A DNA stretch of 64,000 bases, from assembly GCF_032191835.1 (NCBI RefSeq), contig NC_083243.1, forward strand, positions 176,576,001 to 176,640,000, given 5' to 3'. This document shows positions 50,583 to 63,503 of the stretch, piece after piece; position 1 is the first letter of the stretch, and the number at the start of each line of letters is the position of its first letter. This DNA comes from Heteronotia binoei. Its lineage: Eukaryota. The notes beneath the pieces were generated by a model, which had not been told where the DNA came from, did not search any database, and worked only from the letters and a program-made list of their open reading frames with translations. A program made the position numbers and the translations under genes.

Positions 50583-51774
50583 CTAAGTTCTAGCACAAAC
50601 ACTCCAATGTATAGTGACCCCTCCAGTGATGAAGTTTTGCTTTCCTGCATATTGTGCCTTGCAGAGAAAGCATATTATTGAATTTGGGGCCTTGAAAGGC
50701 AGAGAGGCAATCACTCGTCCACAGATGCTCTGCCCATTTGGAATGCAGTGTTAAATGCTGTGAGGCTGTGCAGTGAGGATCTACAGCTGCCTATGAACTG
50801 GGAGTATTCAGAGCAAACTATTAACTCCCAGTAATCTAAATAAAGGTTAGTTCGCATAGAGTTTGTGATGTTGTGAAATGCAACTGGACATTTTGTCAAA
50901 GGGAGGAGTTTCTAACCCACCGTGTCCTTGCAAGGAGGATTTGATTCCCTTGTCCATGACTGGCATGTGGGTGTAGGCCATGTAGGTGGCTGCCTAGGGT
51001 GCAGCATGACCTATGGTGCACCACTAGGCACCCCCTCCCCACACGCTAGCTGGCGCAGCTCCGCCTCTTTCCCCTACCCAAGACTCAGGCAGAGGAAAGA
51101 GCCGGCTTGGTCTTGCTCCCAGGCTGCTTCCCCTACCAGGGAAGGCAGCCTGAGAGCCAGGCAGAGGCTCAGCTCCGCCTCTTTCCCCCACCAGGGATTG
51201 GGCGTACAAAAGAGATGGTGCCACGGCAACCCCCTCCCCACCATTTAAATACCCCCGCTGATCAGCTAATCTGTAAAGGTTTTTAAATGGAAGGGGGGAG
51301 GTAGATCAGCTGCTTCTGCCGCTTCTCTGCCTAGCAGGGAGGCGGCAGAAGCAGCCCCACCTCCCCCATCTTTTAAAGATGGGATGGGGTGGTGTGGGTG
51401 GGGCGGCGGCCTGGGGCAGCAAAAACCCCAGCACCGCCCCTGCCCTTGTCCCTAGACCTGGGAACAAATCCTCTTCTGATAGTTTGACTGAAACTGGGTT
51501 TGGTCTCTGACATACACAGTAGAACACACCAATAAAGACAACAGGCTACATTGAAAGGATTTTAAAAAGTGGTTCAGACGAAAGGCAAGAATAAGCAGGT
51601 GCAATGGAACAACAACATCTATCTGCCTACACACACAAACATTTGAGAAGGCACGCAGCAGGTAGGAAATGCAGCAAAGTGGTCCCTTGCCCATTATAGG
51701 TCCCAATGGTATTAGCAGGTTAGCAGACCATGCTTGAAAAACTTGTGCCAGATGTTTATAAGCTAACTTTGAAG

Positions 51775-52745
51775 CAGGGCCATAGCCAGAAAAAAAATTG
51801 GGGGGGGGGGGGGCAGGGGGAAAAATTTTAGGGGGAGGGGGCCCCGCTCTGGCGGCCCTCTCTCTCTCCGCTGCCGCTGCTTTGGTGGCCCCCAATTTCC
51901 CCACCGCTCCGTCAGCCTCCCCCTCCCTCCCACCCACCCACCCACCTACCTGGTAACGCACCTGCTCCCGGGGCTCTTTCAATAGGATTGCCAAGTCCAA
52001 TTCAAGAAATATCTGGGGACTTTGGGGGTGGAGCCAGGAGACTTTGGGGGTGGAGCCAGGAGACATTAGGGGAGGAGCCAAGATCAAGGCTGAGACAAGC
52101 ATAATTGAACTCCAAAGGGAGTTCTGGCCATCACATTTAAAGGGACGACACACCTTTTCAATTCCTTCCTTCCACAGGAAATAATGAAGGATAGGGGCAC
52201 CTGCTTTTAGGGCTCATAGAATTGGACCCCCTGGTCCAATCTTTTTGAAACTTGGGGGTTATTTTGGGGACAGGCACTAGATGCTATACTGAAAATTTGG
52301 TGCCTCTACCCCAAAAAACAGCCCCCCCCCCAGAGCCCCAGATACCCGCAGATCAATTCTCCATGATTTTCTATAGGAATAAATCTCCCTAGGGGACAAC
52401 AGAGTTCCCAGCAGACATTTCCCTCCCCTCCCCCCTCTTTCTGATGACCCTGAAGCGAGGGGGGGGAGGGCCTCCAAACCGGGGGATCCCCTGCCCCCAC
52501 CTGGGGATTGGCAACCCTATCTTTCAAGGAGGCCTCTCTCCTCCGCTTCAGCGCTGAACGTGCGACAGAGAAGCCGCGGGCCTCAGCGCTGCTTTTCCCG
52601 GGGAGGGGGCCTCTTTGAAAGAGCCCAGAGCCGAGAGATGGGGCCACGAGAGCAGCGGAGTGAGGGGGAGAGCAATGGAGGGGCCATATAGCTGGAAGGG
52701 GGGGTTGGGTGGAGGGGCTTAGCCCTCCCCATGGCTACGGGCCTG
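51775..52745. mobile_element. hAT family B element (CAGG(G/C)CC(A/G)TAGCCA TIR) hosting a family A insertion
   Basis: Perfect TSD ctttgaag at 51767-74 and 52746-53. Confidence 0.85.
51983..52519 (+). mobile_element. hAT family A copy nested in family B
   Basis: Perfect TSD tctttcaa. Confidence 0.9.
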
Positions 52746-53915
52746 CTTTGAAGGACACTGGACCACTGACCCCCCCCCCCCCCCAAAAAAAAACAAACCC
52801 AGTTTAAGTCAATCTAGAATGTGATCCAAAAGAAGTTTAATAAAGAATAGCAAGACTCCCCACTCCCATTGGAGAGTAGTTAAATCAGTTCACATTGATG
52901 TTCAGGGTGGATCTCAGGCTTTTCATCTTTGCTTGGGAACAGTAGAACTCTTTTAACACTTGGATGGTATATCAGGAGAGAGGCTATTGCTTTAAATTTA
53001 TGACAAGGCCAAATGCTGATGTTTAAACAGGTTGTTTGCTACAGAGATGATCGTCTCTCTTGACAGCATGACAGGTAACTAATCACAAGACAGGTATGAG
53101 CAGATGTACTAAATGCAACTTACAGTCAAAACTGAGATAATTTCATTGTTCACAAAACTCTAACATAAGGAAAAGTTCTCTTGGTACTTCACTCCTACAC
53201 TAGATTAGATTTCAACAACATATCCTAAACAGGGCTGACTCTGAAGACCTTCCAGATATTCCAATTTGTCCAAAATGCTGCAGCTAGACAAACTCCAATG
53301 CCAACAAGCTTTGATCTATAAAACTAAACAGTATGGACCTACAGTATCTGCCTGCTCTCATACAAGCCACTAATTCACTAAGATCCTCTTTGGAGGCTCA
53401 CTTCTCCCCCCCTTGCCCCATCTTCCTCTCCACCTTCTTTTTCCTTCCATCTCATTACACACATGCTTTCCCACACGACTCAACATTTCACCCCTGAAGT
53501 GATCTGAGACACCTCAACAGTCGGCTATGCTGACAAATGAGCAAAGCAGTGCCTATTGGAATCAAATGAGCAATGCTAAGCCTATTCGAATCGAGAAGAC
53601 ACACATAGCACATTAAATAAACAAATGTAAAGAACTTTTTAAAAGGCATATCAGGGCTACATGAAACAAAGAACAAGAGAGGGGGGCAGTTAAGGGCAAG
53701 AGAATCTCAGCACTAATCAAACTGTAAAAAAAAGTTTTAAAAAAACAGTTCTTACAGATTTTGCCAGTTGGTCTCCAATTAAAATGTATGTCATATACAT
53801 CTTATGTATAAATCATATACATTTTATGTATAAGGGTGATAAGTCAAAGGTAAAGGAGCTTTTCACGTTTGTCTATAAGCAGATGGCGCTCTTGTCCCTT
53901 CAGCCCTTCCAGTTA

Positions 53916-54143
<228 letters not shown>

Positions 54144-54985
54144 TCACTAATATTTAACTACATATTTTTTAAAAAAATACTAGTAATTAACTATCAAAAA
54201 GCAATAACAGGATCCCATTTTAGGAAATATATGTTAGGCATTCACACTACCCACTGAGGTCTGACGGAAAGCAACACCCCCCCACATTCACAGATCTCTG
54301 TACATCTGGAGAAGCAGGCCACTGGAACTGGTTTATATTTTCCATCTGACATGAATTTCCAGGGCCAGCACCCACCCCCCATTCTAGAATGCTGTGCAGC
54401 ACAATGCCGACAGCATGTCACAAGTGCTCATATTTCTAACTGAATAACCATAACGCAAAGATACACAAAAGAACACAACTCATCTAGGGAAAAACCAGCA
54501 AAGCAAACCAGACAGTGGGCATTGATGCTAACAACACAGAAAGGAGAAGTGGCCTTCAGGACCCCACCGGCTCCAGGGGCTAGCAGGCACCCACTTCTGA
54601 CCCAGAGAGGAAAGAGGAAATCAGATTCATGGCGATACAGAGCTTCATAACAAGCTCTTAACAGTCCAAGAGGAATCCATCATTCTCTTCTTTTTTCACA
54701 CTTTTCCAATGAGCTGCAGAGCACAACAGGGAGGAGAATCCATGTACAGCGTGAGTGCCAGTGCAATCCTAACGTAAATGAGCTTAAAAGGGGTGCATCA
54801 TGGCAGCCCTTTCCCCATCAGTTCAATCTCTATATACCACCCGTCTCCTTTAAACAACAACCCCTCGGAAGCCCCCTCCTTCAAGCTGTTTTAGAGAAAG
54901 GACTGAGCCCCAATTCAACAAATAAGCATGCCACATTCAGTCATCTAGAGTACAGGAATGTGACCGGCCTCCGGGCACTGCGATC

Positions 54986-55498
54986 TAGGGTTGCCAAGTC
55001 CAATTCAAGAAATATCTGGGGACTTTGGGGGTGGAGCCGGGAGACTTTGGGGGTGGAGCCAGGAGCAAGGTTGTGACAAGCACAACTGAACTCCAAAGGG
55101 AGTTCTGGCCATGACATTTCAAGGGACTGAACACCTTTTAAATGCCTTCCTTCCATAGGAAATAATGAAGGATAGGGGCACCTTCTTTTGCGGCACATAG
55201 AACTGGACCCCCTGATCCGATCTTTTTGAAACTTGGAGGCTATTTTGAGGAGAGGCACCAGATGCCACGCTGCACATTTGGGGCCTCTATCTCAAAAAAC
55301 AGCCCCACCCCCCAGAGCCCCAGATACTCGCGGATCCATTCTCCATTATTTCCTATGGGAATACATCCCCATAGGGAATAATAAAGTTCCCAGCAGACAT
55401 TTCCCTCCCCTCCCCCCGCTTTCTGATGACCCTGAAGCGGGGGGGAGGGCCTCCAAACCGGGGGATCCCCTGCCCCCACCTGGGGATTGGCAACCCAA
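54986..55498 (+). mobile_element. hAT family A copy in CNPPD1 intron 1
   Basis: Perfect TSD ctgcgatc at 54978-85 and 55499-506. Confidence 0.9.
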
Positions 55499-55649
55499 CT
55501 GCGATCCCTCCTGTTTAGCATATACATACGAGCACATGCACCTTGTAAGCTAATCAGGCTTCTGGAGTAACTATCAAGCCCCCATGTAGCCCCCTTCACC
55601 AATGAAGATCCATTAAGCTAAACGCATCAATATAAACCGAAAGACTACA

Positions 55650-56220
55650 AAGATTCCCTTTAGAATAGGTGGAGCGCGTCTCGGAAGAAACCAAGCGAAG
55701 CAAAGCAGACACTCGGCGCAGACGCTAGCAAGGCAAAAAAAAAGGAGAATCGTCCTTCAAGCCCTCTCTCCCTAGGGAGCCTAGCCGGCGCCCACCTCTG
55801 ACCCGGGAAGGGAAGAAGGAAGGCGGCTCACTGTGAACTCCTGGAACCCGCTCAAGGAAAAAGCGCCCTCCTCGTCCAAAAGAAGGCCGTCCAAGTCCAT
55901 CCCTGCGGTCCCACGAGGCGCGCCAAGGACCGCTGCCTCCCAACTACGCCGCGTTCGGAGCTAAGGATGCGCCTCTGCCGCTTCTGGCTGCCAACTGCTT
56001 TGGGGTAGGGCACTGCCCGGAGAGAGGACGACTCCTTCCCGGGCCTGGATGCTGCCGAGCAAAATGGAAGGCCCGACGCACCTCTTCCCTTCCCCTTCCT
56101 GGGACCGGCGAGGAGGCGGGTCTTTTTTGCTACCGCCTCTTCCAGCTGGCTGCACATAGAGAAGCGGGCTCTTTTGCGGATGAGTGGTTGGTGGTGCGTC
56201 ATTCCGTTCAGGCCAAATGC
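55650..56220 (-). promoter_or_regulatory. CpG island around CNPPD1 exon 1
   Basis: High CpG density spanning the start codon and its upstream region. Confidence 0.7.
55832..55900 (-). CDS. CNPPD1: CNPPD1 exon 1 (69 nt; [23 protein letters not shown])
   Basis: Matches human [23 protein letters not shown]; ACA/gtgagc donor. The 8 exons total 1278 nt in frame. Confidence 0.96.
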
Positions 56221-56523
56221 ATAGGCTGGAAGAATTGCTTTGGCTGGCAAAGAATGGACGGAAAGGTCCAGTGGCACCTTCAAGAGTAGCTAGGTTTGCC
56301 AGTTTCCAGGCAGAGCCTGAAGGTATCCTGCAATGACACCTGTTCTCTAGACTACAGAGATCAGTCCCCCCTTGATAAAAATGGCTGCTTTGGCGGGTGG
56401 ATTCTAGGGCATTATACTTGGTTGAGATGCCTCCCCTCCCCAAACACCTAAGTCCCTTGGCCTGGAATTTCCCAAGCTGTATTTGAAGGTATTACTAATA
56501 ACGTTTATTTCAATATGAGCTTG

Positions 56524-56885
56524 CTTCTTTGTGTGGAGGTGACCCTCCATTTGAACTTGTGAAAAGTCTACACAGGAATATGCAAGTATAGCCTTGTACA
56601 GATGAACTAAATATGCACATGAAAGCTCATGCCATACTAACAGTGCTATCCTAAACAGAATTACATCCTTCTAAACCCACTTATTTAAATGGGCTCTCAA
56701 GGTTGTAACTGCTTTGGTTGCGCTGTAAAGCACTCGGCCTCTGAGGTGTCACAAACACATAACAGATACATGCATCTGTACAAAGCTATGCTTGCATAGC
56801 AAAAGCATCTTCTTTGTGTCGTTAAGAGAGAAATACATGTGTTTCTAGGATGCTAACCTCCAGGTGGCAGCTGGGGATCTACTGG
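56524..56885. repeat. 362-bp local direct duplication, copy 1
   Basis: Aligns to 58442-58803 (offset 1918) with 6 substitutions by eye. Confidence 0.92.
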
Positions 56886-58441
56886 AATCTACTGAAGAAA
56901 AATCACAGGTTCTTGGGAAAGGAATTAAAAACCAGGCCTTCAGTAAGAGAACTTGCCTCAGCCATTTTAAAGAAATCCTGCACCAGAGGATTGCATACTT
57001 TGGTTTCTCTTCAGAGGATTGTAGTTGAGTAGAACAGGAGGTTGGAATGAAATGTTGGTCTTGTTTACACATGCGTTACTTGATTTCTCATCCCTTGATT
57101 TCTAGCTGTGAATATGCAAACCAATTCCAAATGAAAACAGTTCTGTTTGAGGGGATACAGAAGTTCCATTTGTGATAGCCCATTTATATATGCACTGTAC
57201 AACTTGATATCAAATGATAAATCATGCATGTGTGAGACAGCCCTTTGTGTAATCATGGCAAGAGAGTGGGTTTTCGTGTCTAAAACAGACATGTACAAGA
57301 TCTCTCTTTTATTCCATTGATTAGTTCCTAATTCGACTCCAGTCTCCACCCCAGAAATAGACAGACAGAGACCGCAGGTAGACAGACGCATTGAAAGGTG
57401 GAAAATAAACCTTTTGAGGGGATTTAGCTGACCCTTGGTTAAGAAGAGTACCAACAGAGAAGGAGCTTAATACAACTGCAAAAAAAAAAAAGGTTTTCCC
57501 AACTTAGTTTAGCTTGAAAGATGGCCTTCTACATTAACTTGACCATTCCGTCCACCTTGATGTGTGTCACAGTAATATCAAAACTAGACTGCTGCAATGC
57601 ACCTATTTAGGTCTCCCTTCAGAATCAACGTAGAGACTCCAGTTGGTGCAGAATGCTACTGATATTATCAGGAACTAGGTGGAGCTTGCATAGCACACCC
57701 ACTGAGCTCAGTTCAAGGTATTGGTTAACACAGACCTTGAATCCCACTGAGCTCAGTTCAAGCTATTGGCTAACACAGACCTTGAGCCCTTCATGGCTTT
57801 GGACCGTCATATCTGTAGGACATGTCCTATGTCCACCTATGTCTTGCAACGACAACTTTGCTCATCTGAGCAAGGCCTTCTGCAGGTGCCACCCTGCAGA
57901 TGAACAAAATTTACAACTGCCCATACATGTGCCTTCTCAGTAGTGGAATAGCCTGCCTAATGAGACCAGGAGAACTCACACTCTCCTGGCATTTTACAAA
58001 CTGTAAAACATAATTGTTCAAGAGAACATTTTTATTGTTTAACATGCAATGGTTAATAACTATGCTTTGTTTAGACGACAGCTCTGTTTCAAATTTCTGT
58101 GATTCTTAGTCCTGTTACGTTACTTGTTAGATGTATTATCATTGCTTGCATTCATTTATGTTGAGTAATCTGCCAGGAGTCTCAATAAAAAGGCAGACTT
58201 GAAATAATGTAAATAAATAAAAATATCCTGTCATCTCCACAGCTTATGGTGGCTATGTTTAGTATAAGCAATTAAGATGTTTTGCAGCAAGGCAAAATTA
58301 AAATATACCCATTTTTCCTTTAGGCACAAGTTCAAAGCCTTCCTCCAAATTCTCCATTGGAGGAAGAGCCACTCTAGTCGGAGGACAGCTCCTTAGCTTG
58401 GAGGAAGGCTACTTGGGGGATGATTGGCTCCACCCCAGGAC

Positions 58442-58803
58442 CTTCTTTGTGTGGAGGTGACTCTCCATTTGAACTTGTGAAAAGTCTACACAGGAATATG
58501 CAAGTATAGCCTTGTACAGATGAACTAAATATGCACACGAAAGCTCATGCCATACTAACAGTGCTATCCTAAACAGAATTACATCCTTCTAAACCCACTT
58601 ATTTAAATAGGCTCTCAAGGTTGTAACTGCTTTGGTTGCGCTGTAAAACACTTGGCCTCTGAGGTGTCACAAACACATAACAGATACATGCATCTGTACA
58701 AAGCTATGCTTGCATAGCAAAAGCATCTTCTTTGTGTCATTAAGAGAGAAATACATGTGTTTCTAGGATGCTAACCTCCAGGTGGCAGCTGGGGATCTAC
58801 TGG
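58442..58803. repeat. 362-bp local direct duplication, copy 2
   Basis: See copy 1. Confidence 0.92.
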
Positions 58804-59370
58804 GATCACAACTGATCTCCGGATGTGTTGTATATGTGATCTGAACTGTGGCTATTATATGGAGTTCTTGCCTGGCTCATTGGAGCCTGTAGGACTGAGC
58901 TTGGGGACTCAGGAACAGTAAGCAGCAGGATCCAAATCTGCTGCCCTGCTCCAATCACGAGCCCCTTGCTGGTTTAGAGTGACCAACGGTAGCTCTCCAG
59001 ATGTTTTTTGCCTACAACTCCCATCAGCCCCAGCCAGCATGGCCAATGGCCGGGGCTGATGGGAGTTGTAGGCAAAAAACATCTGGAGAGCTACCGCCTG
59101 CTAGTGCGGAAACTTTGAATGTATATATAGTTGGCCTCGTTCTCAGTCTTTTAGTGCAGCGCTATACTCTGCTGCATCTAATAAAATAGCTATAATCACT
59201 ACCACCTCGCCTCATCATTGTGTGCAACCCACTATATTATAGGATGACAAGAGATCAATTCCCCTAAAGAAAATGGCTGATTTGGTGGACGGACTCTGTG
59301 GCATTATACTCTGATGAGGTCCATCCCCTTTCCAAATCCTGCCCTCCCCAAGGCTCCACCCCCCAAATAA

Positions 59371-60130
59371 TTGCCAGGTCTGCCTTAGGAAATATCTGGG
59401 GACTTTGGGGGTAGAGCCAGGAGCCAGGTTATGACAAGTATGGTTAAACTCCAGAGGGAGTTCTGGTCCTTATATTTAAAGGGACTGAGCTCCTTTTAAA
59501 TGGCTTCCCTCCACTAGAAATAATGGAGGGTGGGGATGCCTTCTTTGGGGGCTCACACAATCGGAACCCCAGTCCGACGTTTTTGAAACTGAGTTTTGAT
59601 GTTGTTTTTAAGGAGAGGCATCAGATGTTATACTTAAAATATGGTGCTTCTACCTCAAAAAACAGCTCCCCCCCCCCAAGAGTTCCAGATACCCACAGAT
59701 CGATTCTCCCTTATATTCTATGAGGACTGGTCTCCATCAGGTATAATGGAATGCCCAGTGGACATTCAACCCCCCCCCCCTTCTGATAACTAGGCCCATA
59801 GCCAGAAAATTTTGGGTGCGTGGGGAAACCCAGGAGTTAAAATTTGGGGGGGGGCACTGTTGCTCTCTCCTGCTCTTGTGCACACTCTCACTCTCATTCT
59901 CTCTTTTGTGCTCTCTCTACCTCCCTTTTCTTCAGATCCTGTTGCTGGCTGCATGAATTAGAAGCATATTGGAGGCCCTCCAACGGAGGGGGCCTACAGA
60001 GGGAAGGTTTTATTTTTAAATAGAGTAGCCCAGCCTCACCATAGCTAGGGACCTGCTGATAACCCTGAAGTGGGGGGAAGGGCCTGCAAACCAGGGGATT
60101 CCCTGTTCTCAAGTGCAGATTGGCAACCTA
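59371..60130 (+). mobile_element. Older hAT family A copy split by a family B insertion
   Basis: Family A sequence stops at ttctgataac (59790) and resumes at ctgataaccctgaag (60056), ending ttggcaaccta. Confidence 0.75.
59791..60055. mobile_element. hAT family B element nested in family A
   Basis: taggcccatagccag left TIR, degenerate right TIR; perfect TSD ctgataac. Confidence 0.78.
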
Positions 60131-60351
60131 GGTGTGGGAATTGGCTTCAGGCCCATTATCTAAGTTCTACTTTAAAATTAAACATACAGCTTGTTTTGTA
60201 TCCTGCCACTCATACCACTGCACAGTGCATTACTAAGCAGAGGATTTAGAGTTGCCAACTCCCGTTTTGGGAGTTGATATTTGGAGGTGAAGCTTGGGGA
60301 GGCTAGGATTTGAAAGAGGAGAGAGACATGTGGGTTGTAATGCAGTATTCT

Positions 60352-60881
60352 TAGGGTTGCCAATCCCCAGCTGGGGGCAGGGGATCCCCCAGTTTGGAGG
60401 CCCCCCCCCCCGCTTCAGGGTCATCAGAAAGCGGGGGGAGGGGAGGTAAATGTCTGCTGGGAACTCTATTATTCCCTATGGAGATTTAGTCCCATAGAAA
60501 ATCATGGAGAATTGATCTGCAGGTATCCGGGGCTCGGGGGGGGGGCTGTTTTTTGGGGTAGAGGCACCAAATTTTCAGTATAGCATCTAGTGCCTCTCCC
60601 CAAAATATCCCCTACGTTTCAAACAGATTGGACCAGGGGGTCCAATTCTATGAGCCTCAAAAGAAGGTGCCCCTATCCATTATTTCCTATGGAAGGAAGG
60701 AATTGAAAAGATGTGCCGTCCCTTTAAATGTGATGGCCAGAACTCCCTTTGGAGTTCAATTATGCTTCTCACAGCCTTGATATTGGCTCCACCCCTAACA
60801 TATCCTGGCTCCACCCCCAAAGTCTCCTGGCTCCACCCCCAAAGTCCCCAGATATTTCTTGAATTGGATTTGGCAACCCTA
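60352..60881 (-). mobile_element. hAT family A copy
   Basis: TIRs present; TSD agtattct/agcattct (7/8). Confidence 0.88.
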
Positions 60882-61029
60882 AGCATTCTGCATTATTTTA
60901 ATACCACCACATACTTTCAGGGTTATTTTAGGGCTTCACTCTTACTTGGGGATTAGACTTTTAAAACACCGAATACAAGGGCATGTGCTTTTAAAAGAGG
61001 TTTCGTTAGCGCAGGCGCCCAACTGCTGC

Positions 61030-61519
61030 TAGGGTTGCCAAGTCCAATACAAGAAATATCTGGGGACTTTGGGGGTGGAGCCAGGAGCAAGGTTGTGACA
61101 AGCACAACTGAACTCCAAAGGGAGTTCTGGCCATGACATTTCAAGGGACTGGACACCTTTTAAATGCCTTCCTTCCATAGGAAATAATGAAGGATAGATA
61201 GCGGCACCTTCTTTTGCGGCACATAGAATTGGACCCCCTGGTCCGATCTTTTTGAAACTTGGAGGGTATTTTGAGGAGAGGCACCAGATGCCACGCTGCA
61301 AATTTGGGGCCTCTATCTCAAAAAACAGCCCCCCCCCCAGCCCCAGATACTCACAGATCCATTCTCCATGATTTTCTATGGGAATAAATCTCCATAGGGA
61401 ATAACAAAGTTCCCAGCAGATATTTCCCTCCCCTCCCCCCGCCAAGATGACCCTGAAGTGGGGGGGAGGGCCTCCAAACCGGGGGATCCCCTGCCCCCAC
61501 CTGGGGATTGGCAACCCTA
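61030..61519 (+). mobile_element. hAT family A copy abutting the RETREG2 promoter
   Basis: TIRs present; TSD actgctgc/actgccac (6/8). Confidence 0.88.
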
Positions 61520-61757
61520 ACTGCCACTCAAGCATACCAGAAATCTGACTCCAACGGCTATTCACTGCGCATGCTCTGAGGCGAAGCCCTGAAAGAACTG
61601 CGGGGCAAAGTGCCGAGTGGTTACGTCATTTCCCACGTGCTGGGGGGGGAAACCACGTGATTCGGCTTAACGCTCAGGTTAATGCGCGGCTTCTTCCGGT
61701 TACGGCTGTCAGGGCTCTTTTCTCCTCCTCCTCCTCCCCTAATCGCTGATTGAGGCG
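61520..61757 (+). promoter_or_regulatory. RETREG2 proximal promoter / 5'UTR (CpG island)
   Basis: TGCGCATGC 61566-74 (NRF1-like), TTACGTCA 61621-28, CACGTG 61634-39 and 61654-59, CTTCCGGT 61693-700 (ETS). Confidence 0.7.
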
Positions 61758-62011
61758 ATGGCGAGTGGCGGCGGTTCGGGTGTCGCGGCGATGAGGGAGG
61801 AGGAGGCGGTGCCCGGGCTCGGCGGCTGCGAGGTGGAAGCAGAGGAGGAAGAAGTGGAGGAGGAGGAGCAGGAGGTGTTGGCGTTGGCTGGCCAGCTGAA
61901 GCGGCGCCTGAGGGGCTGGGAGGCGTCGCTGGTCGCCGTGCAGCGGTTGCTGGTCTGGGAGAGGCCGCCGCAGAGCCTGGCCGGGGCTGTCGCACTCGGA
62001 GCTGCTCTGTG
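61758..62011 (+). CDS. RETREG2: Reticulophagy regulator 2 (FAM134A) exon 1
   Basis: MASGGG.. acidic stretch..RLRGWEASLVAVQRLLVWERP matches human; TG/gtgaga donor, phase 2; synteny with CNPPD1. Confidence 0.93.
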
Positions 62012-62405
62012 GTGAGAGGCGGCTGCAGCGGCGGCACAGGGGGTGTGTGGTCAAGCAGGGCTGAGTCTCGCGGCTCCTGGGGGGCGGGGAGTGGCAGGCC
62101 CCAATCTTGTGGTCAGGATTGGCAAGATCATGCATGGGATGGAGAAAGTAGAGAAAGAAGCGCTTTTCTCCCTTTCTCACAATGCAAGAAGTCGTGGGCA
62201 TGCCATGAGATTGCTGAGCAGCCGGGTTAGAACGGGCAAAAGGAGGTACTTCTTCACCCAAAGGGTGATCAACATGTGGAATTCACTGCCGCAGGAGGTG
62301 GCGGCGGCTACAAGCATAGCCAGCTTCAAGAGGGGGTTGGATAAAAATATGGAGCAGAGGTCCATCAGTGGCTATTAGCCACAGTGTGGGTGTATATGTG
62401 TATGT

Positions 62406-62860
62406 GGGGGAGGGACGGTGGCTCAGCGGTAGAGCATCTACTTGGGAAGCAGAAGGTCCCAGGTTCAATCCCTGGCATCTCCAAAAAAGGGTCCAGGCAA
62501 ATAGGTGTGAAAAACCTCCACTTGAGACCCTGGAGAGCAGGAGAGGGATGGTGGCTCAGTGGCAGAGCATCTGCTTGGGAAGTAGAAGGTCCCAGGTTCA
62601 ATCCCTGGCATCTCCAAAAAAGGGTCCAGGCAAATAGGTGTGAAAAACCTCAGCTTGAGACCCTGGAGAGCAGGGGAGGGATGGTGGCTCAGTGGCAGAG
62701 CATCTGCTTGGGAAGTAGAAGGTCCCAGGTTCAATCCCTGGCATCTCCAAAAAAGGGTCCAGGCAAATAGGTGTGAAAAACCTCAGCTTGAGACCCTGGA
62801 GAGCCGCTGCCAGTCTGAGAAGATAGTACTGACTTTGATGGACCAAGGGTCTGATTCAGT
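62406..62860 (+). mobile_element. tRNA-headed SINE, three-head form, nested in CR1
   Basis: Heads at about 62406/62540/62673; tail runs into the gap. Confidence 0.88.
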
Positions 62861-63024
62861 NNNNNNNNNNNNNNNNNNNNNNNNNNNNNNNNNNNNNNNN
62901 NNNNNNNNNNNNNNNNNNNNNNNNNNNNNNNNNNNNNNNNNNNNNNNNNNNNNNNNNNNNNNNNNNNNNNNNNNNNNNNNNNNNNNNNNNNNNNNNNNNN
63001 NNNNNNNNNNNNNNNNNNNNNNNN
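62861..63024. other. Assembly gap (164 N)
   Basis: Run of N. Confidence 1.
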
Positions 63025-63503
63025 ACAGAGTGTTGGACTGGATGGGCCAATGGCCTGATCCAACCTGGCTTCTCTTACGTTCTTATTGCAAAGGAGTCGG
63101 TCGTGATGGTGTTAATGCCTGGTGTGGCTTTTGTTAGCCAGCAGATTCTGCTATGATGGGAGGAAGCGTGCTGTAAAGAATCCAGGAGCGTCCAAGCTAC
63201 CGCAAATCCAATACTGACTCCTATTTATTTATTTACTGATGAAACTTTTGCCTTACTTAGGAATTTAAAACTGCATTGCTCTGTATGCATCCTTGAGTAT
63301 AATTGAAATGGGTTGGATTTGCAAGGAAACATCCATGATTATATAGAATATGTATGTATTTCCCTCAGATAGAAAGCAGGTTTCAGGAAACAAGGGGGAG
63401 GGGAAGGTTGCCAGCAAGTGATGTGAAATTGAACTTTGGGGAATGTTTCTGAGTAATAGATCAAGGCTAAGATTGCTGAACCAAATGCTTAAATTAGCTG
63501 CTT

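Larger units (their letters stand above)
62123..63086 (+). mobile_element. CR1 3' fragment interrupted by a SINE and an assembly gap
   Basis: KIMHGMEK..FFTQRVINMWNSLP ORF; tail resumes at 63025 with acagagtgttggactggatggg..cttctcttacgttcttat. Confidence 0.85.

Noticed and set aside
55596-55613. Alternative CNPPD1 start (ATG GAT CTT..)
   Set aside because: Stops after five codons (TGA); the true exon 1 is 55832-55900.
62406-62750. tRNA gene cluster (also at 5.9-6.1 and 10.9-11.25 kb)
   Set aside because: The tRNA-like units are SINE heads joined to SINE body and tail, with no Pol III terminator after each unit.
62640-63137. ORFs crossing the N run
   Set aside because: Artefacts of translating across the assembly gap.
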